From Marsupella aquatica (Eukaryota > Plantae > Marchantiophyta): 64,000 nt of DNA. The translations under genes were made by a program, and so were the position numbers. Shown here in pieces: positions 38,596 to 48,571 of the stretch (within the stretch, counting starts at the first letter, position 1; each line of letters starts with the position of its first letter). Location: positions 21,773,068 through 21,837,067 of the forward strand of contig OZ316891.1 of the NCBI GenBank assembly GCA_973895155.1. The letters run 5' to 3'. The notes under the pieces are model-generated. The model was not told the DNA's origin. It saw nothing but the letters and a program-made list of their open reading frames with translations, and did no database searches.

Positions 38596-38887
38596 CCTGG
38601 GGTCCTCACTTCTTTTCTTCCTACCCATTATGCATGAATAAGTATAGGGTTTTTTATTGGGTTTAGTGAAATACTTTTAAATTTTTGTTGAAGAACATTA
38701 AGGTTATTTTAATCCAATTTTGAGAATTCTAAGAATCATAGGGTTTTTTAAAATCAAAATTGGGAATATTCTTAGAATATTCCATTAAGTTAGGGGTAAA
38801 AAAACTTTATTGACTTAACTTTTAGGTGTTTATTCCCCCAAAACTTTGCGCGTGATATGGGACACCCCTTGGATTGAGGCCCTCGAG
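38596..38887. mobile_element. MITE related to family M (divergent subfamily)
   Basis: Perfect 8-bp TSD GCAGGCAC (38588-38595 / 38888-38895). Ends CCTGGGGTCCTCA / TGAGGCCCTCGAG. Internal aagtatagggt..tttattgg block shared with family M. Confidence 0.8.
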
Positions 38888-39321
38888 GCAGGCACAAGAA
38901 ATTCAAGTAGATGAGGAGGTTGCACATAACAATGGAGATGAGGATAGTCAAAAACAATTGTCGACGTCGACTATCAACTTGCATACATGTTGATTGCTTA
39001 AGTCCGTCCACCCAGATTTACATTCAATCTGATGAGGATGATGAAAGTTTATTTGAGCTCTAATGATAAAACAAAACCACAAGTGGTAAGCAACTACCGT
39101 CATGCTGCACTCTTGTATTATATTTTATAAATGTATTGCACAGTGACAATACTAATTCAATCAATTTATTCAATCAGTTTATGGTATGTACATATTTCGC
39201 AGGTAAGAGGCAAAAACTTGACTGCAATATTGTAGACCAAAACACCCTTTCTTGTACAAGGTACAGATCTGAACGGGTAATATTTCATTCTGTAGGTGGA
39301 TATAATGTGATTAGGTTCCCT

Positions 39322-39603
39322 CTTGGGGGTTTCACTTCCACAAAAATGGCAAGTTACCACATGCGACGAAGTATAGGGTCATTTTATTGGTTCAAAGGGA
39401 AGACTTAAAAATTTTCTAAGAAAAACACAGGGTTTTTTAAATCAAGTTTTGATACTATCAGAACATTAGGGTCCTTATAACCAAGATTTCAAAATATTCT
39501 AACCTTATTGGGGTTGATTTTTTATTTTTTTTACATTTTAGGAAGTCTAAGGCCTAAAACGTCGCAAGTGATGGGGAGGCATCCATATAGTGAGACCCCC
39601 GAG
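39322..39603. mobile_element. MITE family M, copy 2
   Basis: cttgggggtttcac...gtgagacccccgag; degenerate TSD GGTTCCCT / GGTTCCTC. Confidence 0.85.
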
Positions 39604-39956
39604 GGTTCCTCTCGGATATAATGTGAAAAGTTTCTTAGAGCTACTTTTGAGACGATTGATGATTTGCGATGTGGTAGGTAAAGATTGAGAAAGACAAAGA
39701 ACAAGGGGGAGTCCTCGGAAGCATTGGTAACCTCAATTCACCCCTGACAAGAACACGACAAGGCAAGGTTCCAAATCCAGGCAAAGAAAATGTACCTTCA
39801 TTTAGGGTAATTTCAACAAAAGTACATGAAGATGCACGACAACGGTTGTTGACTAGCAAGAACATGGTATGATCACACATTCCATCCATTCAAGATGTTT
39901 TTTGTTTAAAGTAGTAGCAATTCATTTGTGTATAATGAAGTGGAGCTAGAACATAA

Positions 39957-40028
39957 AACCCCAATTTAAGGAATACTGAAGTATTAGATTAATTCCAATT
40001 TTATCTAAATATTATAAGTTAATGAATG
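39957..40028 (+). repeat. Putative right TIR of the Sola-like element (now flipped), preceded by ATAA (reverse complement of TTAT)
   Basis: 17-bp identity plus extended similarity to 20042-20110; lies just downstream of the transposase 3' end. Confidence 0.7.
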
Positions 40029-40173
40029 ATCAACCTCTTTAACATTTGGTGGAATAGTCAAAAACTTCAAATGTTTTGTTGCAAGATCTTTATAACAATG
40101 CATCACTAAATGATATCAAGTACCTCTTGATCCATGCACAAATCCTTAATTAAACTGTCATTCATTGTTTCAA

Positions 40174-40702
40174 TTGTCTATTTAATTACTATAGGGTTGA
40201 ATACAAAAAAGATTGACCACCCTTTACAACAATTAATAGGATTGTTGTATATTACAATGTCTACTGGACATTCATTTGAATGTCAATAATATCATGCCTT
40301 AATATCACCAAACTAACGCCCCACTGTCTAACTAATATTATATCTTAAATAAACTAACCAACTAACTAACTTGTCTATTTAATTACTATAGGGTTGAATA
40401 CAAAAAAAGATTGAAACGCACCAGGGTGCGTGACCTACATTAATCATGGTATCACCCTTTAATTAGTTAGTTTCTATTGCTTTGACTCAATCAGGCATGG
40501 AACCATATAAAATCAGAAATCATTGAAAGTTGAGTTCACTTGAAGGTGTAACTATAATTATTACTTATTAATAGGATTGTTGTATATTACAATGTCTACT
40601 GGAAATTCATTTGAATGTCAATAATATCATGCCTTAATATCACCAAACTAAGGCCCCACTAACTAATATTATATCTTAAATAAACTAACCAACTAACTAA
40701 CT
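40174..40702. repeat. Subterminal direct duplication (~40174-40371 and ~40371-40702, with an insertion)
   Basis: ttgtctatttaattactatagggttgaatac and ttaataggattgttgtatattacaatgtc... each occur twice. Confidence 0.8.
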
Positions 40703-40773
40703 TAGACGATAAGACTTGTCTAAACTTGAGTTCTCTGGCTACTACTATTCTGAGTTGCCTTTTAAACTGTATG

Positions 40774-43700
40774 CTAAACTACATGCTTCATTACTGTCTG
40801 GGATTTGTCACTTGCTATGCATGTCAAGAGATAGTCTCTTGCCTTGATAGCAACATTCTTTGGAATTCCTACCAGCCCTGTCACTGGTCCTTTGCGTGCT
40901 TTGAAACACCACAAGGCAGAGGAAACATCTATTGTCTCAGCTTCCTTGTATATTGGAGTTGGATCACGTTCCCATTTCTTATCCCAAGAATCTGCCCGCC
41001 GCTCTCTTGGCTGCCAGTCTGATTGACCACGTTGCTTCTTTGCCATAAATGGTCTAAACCACTCAACGCCACATACATGAGTAAGAAGGTTTTGTTCATT
41101 CACTGGTCCTTCTACCACATCTGTAACAACTAACCCCATATGGACGGGATAAACATCTAGGTCTGAGTCATCCGGCCGTACCAACACATAACAGCCCTTC
41201 ACAACATCAACCCTAGGGTTAAAACTCTCAGGAGGTTTATCTTTTGCTGGTCCCACATAATCCACTGTTGCCTCCAACTCACATGCCACATTTCGATGTT
41301 CTGGTGGAACGTGCTCTCCCTATATTGATAAAGGCCAAAACCCGTATTCCAAGTTGTGTGCACCTTCAGGTTCATATTGCACCTGCTCACCCTGTAGAGT
41401 ATCTACAATGTCATTCCAATAATTGATGAGAGTTGTCCAACGTCGCTTTGGTTCTTCCTCTTTTGTTCGCTTTAGAATAAACTCAAAGAATGACACATGC
41501 TTCTTCAACCCTGTCAGCACTTCAGGAACCCTAAATCATTGGTAGCCGTTTGGGCACCCCAATTGGGATGTGAGGAATTTTGTCATCTTTCCATGACCAC
41601 ATTTCAATACCTTCCTTGGGTAACCATCCCTGATCAGTTGACTTCATTTTGTATTGGAAGCATGGCATACTATCATGACGAACATAGAACCTAAACAGCC
41701 TGGGTTTTAAATGCCCCACCAATGCCTCAGGGCCCTTCAACATGAATGAAGCTAAGTAGTTTTTGAAATTTGCGACCTCGTGTAGAAAATGTGGGACTGC
41801 ATTGGGTGTCCTTGCTCTCATGAACAAGGACATTAACTCAGGCAATGAGTATGTGGGGTTATGCATCATAGACTCTGAAAATGGCCCGAACATACCGTCA
41901 ACGTCCTCATGAGTATGCCCAACCACCATAAAACCAAGATGAACCTCTTCAAACACCTCCCTTGCCGTCAACAATGACAAATAAGCCATCATATATCTGT
42001 TCTTGTTGTCTGAGGCACAATTATCCAGTTGTAGCTTCAATACTCGTGGAAGGGGCCTGAACTTTGGTGCCTCAGGTGCTGCATCACAATGTAACAATCT
42101 CAGAATGCTTTTAAACAAAACCCTAGTCAGACCCTAAACCCCAATTTAGGGTTTAGGGTTTAAACCCTATTAATGAAACCTTGGCTAGGAGGAGCAACAA
42201 CTACACAACGTAGAGTGTCAATGTGTGTGAGCTTATATTATTAAATAATAATAAATTAAAGGATTGTGAGTAGAGTACCTAGGCTTGAGATGTAGGCAAT
42301 GTCATCCTCAAATGCTCTAAGGACACTTGCCTCCAAGATATCTGCTCTCCAAAAAAGGAGGTCTTTAAAAAGACTTGTCGAGTGTGGCCCCTCCACAAGC
42401 TAGTGATTTGATCATTGGATTTGGGTTTTCCAACATCCTTAGTATTGAATCAATTGACCCAATAGTGATGTTGACATCACCTGGCCACACTCCAACATGA
42501 TATTGGGCTATGGCCTTGGGACCATGACCATGAGTAAGGATACCAGTGACAGTAATTGGGAACTTTTGGGCACCATCCACATGCTTAGGATTGAAGGGCA
42601 TTCTTGGGAGAGCTGTCTTTGAATGCTCGGGGATTTCACTTCCACAAAAATGGCATATCACGTGCAACGAAGTATAGGGTCATTTTATTGGTTTGAAGGG
42701 AAGACTTAAGAATTTCCTGAGAAGAACAATAGGGTCTTTTAAATCCAGTTTTGGGACTTATAAGAACACTAGGGTCTTTATAATCAATTTTTTGGAATTT
42801 TTTGAGAATATTCCAACTTTATAGGGGTCAATAAAATAAGTTTTTTTCTTACATTTTAGGGGGTCCGAGGCCTAAAAACGTCGCAGGTGATGGGGAGGCA
42901 TCCATATAGTGAGACCCCCAAGTTTGAATGATCCATCTTATCATGAATAAGGCATAACACTTCCTTTGGACGATGGATGGACTCATATCTCCAGGTATGA
43001 TAGCACATTCTTTGCTATGTGTGGTCTTGGCGATGTTCCTCCTCGTCACGCCTTAGGCCCTCTAACTCTTCCTTAGCTCCTGTAAGGTTTGCTTTCCGTT
43101 GAAGCAACTCACTACTGAAAAGTTGTTGCCCTTTTTGTGACATGAGAACTCCCTGAAATACATCTGATGTAGATGACTCAAGGTGGGTTGGGAAATTGGA
43201 GGAAGACCAGCCTCCTAGTTGACAACATTAACCCTGTTTCTAATATTCTCCCAAGTAAGATTTGTTGGCAATTCCCTCAAAACCATCCTTGTATTATCTG
43301 CCATGGTTCTCAACTTGGCTGGATGATGATCAGCTGCCTCCTCAATAATCTCTTTCATTGACATGAACACTTGAGATACTTTCTCGGACATACGCCTTTT
43401 TCCAGCATTACCATGGGTACCTATGTTCATTCCAGCCATCACAGTCTTCTTCAAGGCATAAAATTGAGTCTTTCCTCTTGAATGAATGATTCTCCATGCC
43501 TCCAAGCACAATACTTTGCCCTCCACTGCTAGAATCCTTTCTCCAGTACCCAAGTGTATTGTATTTTTAATAGCCTTGATTTCCTCCTCCTTGCGCTCCA
43601 CAAAAGATTTTGACCACCACTTTTGCCTAATTGCCATAGCCAAGTTGCGGTCCAAATATTGACAACAATGTTCACTACAACAGTCCTTAGTGTTTATCAA

Positions 43701-44486
43701 CAACACATCTTGACGTGCCAAAGATGTGTCTCTTCTAGATGTCCGGGAAGATGAACTCTTTCTTTTCCTACTTTTATGGACGTAGGACCGCTTGCCACTT
43801 GTTGGAGATGTGTTCCCTCCCATAGCTTGCCTGATGTTGTGGAAAGACAACAAGTTTCCATCCTTGGCAATGAGTTGGTCCATCGACCAAGCTTTTAAGC
43901 AATCTCTATGCTTCAAATGATCTATGGTAGCTCCCTCGACAAAATCGTTGATCAGAATTCCCACATGTGTATTCCCAAGGGTGACATCCCCAAGCTTCAC
44001 TATAGGATCTAGAACATGTATAGTTGCCATTGCAAAAATCAACTTGTTCTCATCCACCACCTTTACAGGCATGCCCATCCACAAGGCCTTTGGTAAAACT
44101 ACTTCCACACCAGACCGACTCTCATTATGGTTGTTCCCATCATAATTTTGATTGACTGGATCTTGATCATCACCAACAGTGCCAAACACATCCTCCGATT
44201 CCATGGGAGCTCAAAAAAGCTGATTCCTTTCCCATACAAGGTAACCCCCAATCATGTCCTTCAAAAGTTTGCCATCTTCGCATAGAATGGTCTCGTCAAA
44301 AACTTCCTCCAATAGAAGAAGAACTCTGTCCGCCCCAAGAGGAACATAATTGTGACAAACCCTGGAAGGATCAAGACTTATCACGCGACCTTTTCCAACC
44401 TGTTTCTCACGTATGCCTATAATAACTTGTCCGCCTTCCCTGATCCAGACTGTCAATGTCACCATAATAATTATGATCCTGCACAT
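40774..44486 (-). pseudogene. Sola1-like DDD transposase with two N-terminal Tnp1/En-Spm-like domains; disrupted by stops, frameshifts and a MITE
   Basis: DCCSEHCC, VLCLEAWRII, HGNAG, LIHDKMDHSKT (D1), LKLQLDNCASDNKNRY (D2), FMVVGHTHEDVDGMF (D3); intron ~42280-42120. Confidence 0.75.
42626..42922. mobile_element. MITE family M, copy 3, inserted in the transposase
   Basis: Perfect 8-bp TSD TTTGAATG (42618-42625 / 42923-42930). Removing it restores LIHDKMDHSKTALPRMP. Confidence 0.95.
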
Positions 44487-45493
44487 CAGAGAATATCATT
44501 GTAAGCGTACAGTCATGTCACGTCCATCAGCTTCACTACACTATCCTGTCACGTCGATCAATAAGCAGAATGTAGTCAATGCACTGCGCTGCACGCGATT
44601 GGTCGCGTGACCCTAGAGGTACCACACATACCGGCAACAAACTATGCATGGTCCGTCAATCATTTCAAGTGAATGAGAACGACCACAATCGATTAGGATC
44701 AATCATTTCACATCCACTAAGAACAAATGAGTGGACAGTCAGTAACAACTGAGGACAATAATGCTAATAAGCGCCAATAAAACGTTCGTGAACTGCATTG
44801 TCCTGTCACGACCGTCAATAAGTAAGCAGAATGTAGTCAATGCACTGCCCTGCACGCGACTAGTCGCGTGACCTTAGTCAGAGGGTGTAGGGATAACAGG
44901 GTCTACGACGTAGAAGCTAGAAGGCTAGGCCCAAACTCTAGCTCATACTTGGTACTTCATAAGTAAGATATGATTGCGCGTGAGACAAGAAGATACAATT
45001 ACGGATCTGAAGGCATCACACATACCGGTAACAGATTATGCATGGTTCGTCAGTCATTTCAAGTGAATGAGAACGACTACAATCGATTACGAACAATCAT
45101 TTCAACTCCACTCAGAAAAAATGAGTGGACAATACTAGTTTACCAATGAGTGGACACCGGACAGTCAGTAACTACCAACCCTCATAAGAAATCTCAGTAC
45201 TTCACTAGCAATCAGTATTCCCGGGGCGGTCACCAAATATGAAATTAAAGCCATAATTAGAGGACAACTAAACTTCCCGCCAATTCTAATACGCGCCAGT
45301 CAAACGCGCACTCTCTTCTAGAAACCACTATGTACAATGACTAGTGAAGACTAAACAATATAAAGCATTGAGATGATCCCTACTGCTCATTCCCCCACGC
45401 ATTCCACTTTCTGGCTACTGGATAATCTATTCGCACATCAGCTCTCTCATTTCCAATTCTTAGTCTCGGTCCGCATCTCTTGTTTGAAGGGCG

Positions 45494-46036
45494 ATGACTA
45501 CTCTGCTAAGCTCGAAGAATGAGGATGTTCCGACGGATGATTCAGAAGGTTCGACGTATCAAATTTGTGGTACTCCTTACAGAATGTGTCAGCGATATAA
45601 TATAATGTTTACGGTGACTAAATCGGGTCAAATGTTTTGTGAGAGACGACATTATTCACCATATTTGTCGATGGAAGATCAGATGGAGACCAATCCAACA
45701 GAGATGACTACAAAGATGGCACCAGGGGAGAAGTTAAAGGGCAAAGCCCTCGTGGAATCTGTTTCAAGGGGGGAGAAGTTGAAGGCCAAAGCATGTGTTG
45801 AATCCATTTCGGGGGAAGCAGCAGCAGACGCTAAGACAGTCAAGAAGGAGGCCAAGAAAGTGGACGCACCGAAGAAAAGGCAATTAGAGATGAATGAAGA
45901 TTCTGATTTGTATTACAGAAAGAACAAGCCGAGAAAATCTATGGACGTTAGGACTTGGGCAAAGGAAGAATTTCTGGATTCAAGGGAATCCACACCAGAC
46001 ACCGATGAGTGGATGCCTTCATCTTGGAATGATTGA
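45494..46036 (+). CDS. Hypothetical 180-aa protein, divergent from the transposase
   Basis: Open ATG..TGA; Cys/His-containing N-terminal half and charged C-terminal half; no recognised domain. Confidence 0.45.
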   Translation: MTTLLSSKNEDVPTDDSEGSTYQICGTPYRMCQRYNIMFTVTKSGQMFCERRHYSPYLSMEDQMETNPTEMTTKMAPGEKLKGKALVESVSRGEKLKAKACVESISGEAAADAKTVKKEAKKVDAPKKRQLEMNEDSDLYYRKNKPRKSMDVRTWAKEEFLDSRESTPDTDEWMPSSWND

Positions 46037-46281
46037 CTCGATCAAAGTCAACAATATTTTGAGTAGTCGAAGATTAGAACTACAGATTCAAGAGTAGTTC
46101 AAGTTAGAACTTGTTATAGATACTGTGTAGCTTAATTTCATCCCGTGAAAAATAGTGTTCAAAAGACCAGGTCAATTAAATTCCTGGATAGTGCTAGCGG
46201 ATATGGATTCCACATCCGAAGTCCTTCGGGATCGATGTAACCATTTTTGCAATCAAGGAAAAATCATCCACAAGATTCCTC

Positions 46282-47286
46282 TGACCTCTAAGACATTTTC
46301 GCGACCGGGCGCGTGATGAAACGAAGACGTTGGTTTTAAAATATATTTCTGGCCAATTCGCTAGGCTATCGACTACAATAAACAATATCAAAAAGACCTG
46401 AAATAAATTGGTTCACGCAACTGTGTGCGTGATGAACTACATGTGTAACCAAAAAAACAGGTCATCCTACTAACAAGTTGAGATCAGGCAGATCTGAGAA
46501 ATAAAGGGCGATTACGTCTAAGAGTGCAGAGCTTTTGTTAACCTCTAAAACATTAACGCAACCGGGCGCGTGATGAAATGAAGACCTCGGTTTTAAAATA
46601 GATTTCTGGCCAATTCGCTAGGTAGTCGACTACAATAAACAATATCAAAAAGACCTGAGATAAATTGGTTCACGCGACTGAGCGCGTGATGAACTACATG
46701 TGTAACCAAAAAAACAGGTCATCCTACTAACAAGTTGAGATCAGGCAGATCTGAGAAATAAATGGCGATTACGTCTAAGAGTGCAGAGCTTTCGCTGACC
46801 TCTAAAACATTAACGCAACCGGGCGTGTGATGAAACGAAGACCTCAGTTTTAAAATAGATTTCTGGCCAATTTGCTAGGCAGTCGACTACAATAAACAAT
46901 ATCAAAAAGACCTGAGATAAATTGGTTCACGCGACTGTGTGCGTGATGAACTACATGTGTAACAAAAAAACAGGTCATCCTACTAATAAGTTGAGATCAG
47001 GAAGATCTGAGAAATAAAGGGCGATTACGTCTAAGAGTGCAAAACTTTCGCTGACCTCTAAAACATTAACGCGATTGGGCGCGTGATGAAACGCAGACCT
47101 TGGTTTTAAAATAGATTGCTGGCCAATTCGCTAGGCTGTCGACTACAATAAACAATATCAAAAGACACGAGATAAATTGGTTCACGCGACTATGCGCATG
47201 ACGAACTACATGTGTAACCAAAAAAATAGGTCATCCTACTAACAAGTTAAGATCAGAAAGATCTGAGAAATAAAGGGTGATTATGT
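46282..47286. repeat. 257-bp tandem repeat, ~3.9 units, two ACGCG-N6-CGCGT-type motifs per unit; cut by the LTR
   Basis: acctctaa.acatt recurs near 46283, 46541, 46798 and 47054. Confidence 0.9.
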
Positions 47287-48425
47287 TATCGTGATTTTCT
47301 CTTAAGTTAGAAAAAAATTGTTTGTTTTAATATGTTATAGATTATATAAGTAGTTTAGTAGTTAGATTATTAAATTTAGATTTTATTAACTTCTTTAGCT
47401 ATATTAACGGACTACAGTAGTTCCACCAATGCATATGAGTAGTTCTACCAACGCACAGTAGGTCCACTAACGCATAATAGATCCACCAACGCATAGTAGG
47501 ACCGCCAACGCACAGTAGGTCCACCAACGCACAATAGTTCCACCAATGCACAGTAGTTCTACCAATGCATGGTAGTTCCACCTACTAAAAGTAGTTTCAC
47601 CAACTATGAACAGTACTAGCACACTCTTAGGTATTTGATGCTTGCCACTTGGCCTTCATCCAAGTGCTTGGGCTTGATCTATGCCCTCTTGGTGTGCACT
47701 ATAAATCAAGTGGTGAGGGGCACTCTCCTCTCATTCCGTAGTGTTTATCATTCAAGGTTGTGAAGCTCTTTTGTGCCTTGAACATAGTAGTGGGGGGTCC
47801 TTTGGCCCGGATAGCAAAGGAATGAGTGGTAGACTTATAGATGGGACCTTAGGAAATAAGGTTTCTTTGGGAATGTAGGGGTGGGGCGTCCTTTGGCCCG
47901 GATAGCAAAGGAATAGAAGAGCCATCATGAATCCAGGAGAGAGAGTTATCCCTGATCTTTCCCTTCGTAATCCATTTTTGATTAGAGTCCATTTTTTAGA
48001 CAAACCATCTATGAGGCAACATCTAACCTATCATTTTGGAGCTCAGTTTGCAACTACTGTTATGGTTTCTAACGAGCCAATAATATACCCAGTGGTGTCG
48101 TACCGAGAGGAGTGGGAATGCATCATCTTTGTCCTTTATTGAAGTCATGGATCTGAATAGGAGTCCGGATGATATTCCTATTTCATTTTCTCTTGGAGAT
48201 ATTAGGATCATATGTCGTAAGAAAATTAATTTTCGTGATGTGTTGGTCCACAAGTATGGTGAAGTATGGTTTAACAATATTTTAGTTTCACCTGAGCCTT
48301 TCTTAATACCCACTACCCTTGTTACTAGAATTATCATTTTGATTTTAGTGTAGAACTTATGAGCATACAAGGTTAACTTCATAAGAGCCAACATACTCTT
48401 GCCAGAAAACACGGTCACCCGGACA
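47287..48425 (+). repeat. 5' LTR of Gypsy A, containing ~19-bp ccaccaacgcayagtag tandem repeats
   Basis: TATCGTG (TG mutated to TA)...CCGGACA; homologous to the other two LTRs. Confidence 0.9.
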
Positions 48426-48429
48426 TAAG

Positions 48430-48445
48430 TGGCGACCATACTGGG
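48430..48445 (+). other. Primer-binding site, probably for tRNA-Arg
   Basis: TGGCGACCATACTGGG starts 5 nt after the LTR end. It resembles the complement of a plant tRNA-Arg 3' end (recalled, not searched). Confidence 0.65.
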
Positions 48446-48571
48446 AAACCGCTGGATTTTGAAGTTAGCTTGTGTATATTTAAGTTCTAATAGATGGAAA
48501 GAGATATGGTTTTGAAACTTTGAGTCCTTAAATTATTTATATTACTAAGTCAAGAGGGAAGAATTTCAATC

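Larger units (their letters stand above)
20042..47286. mobile_element. Giant cargo-carrying Sola1-like DNA transposon, rearranged (parts 20042-33874 and inverted 39957-47286; 33875-39956 is Gypsy plus flanking DNA)
   Basis: Terminal repeats and a TTAT TSD appear after undoing the inversion. Encodes a DDD transposase. The ACGCG-N6-CGCGT motif occurs in both parts. Confidence 0.65.
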
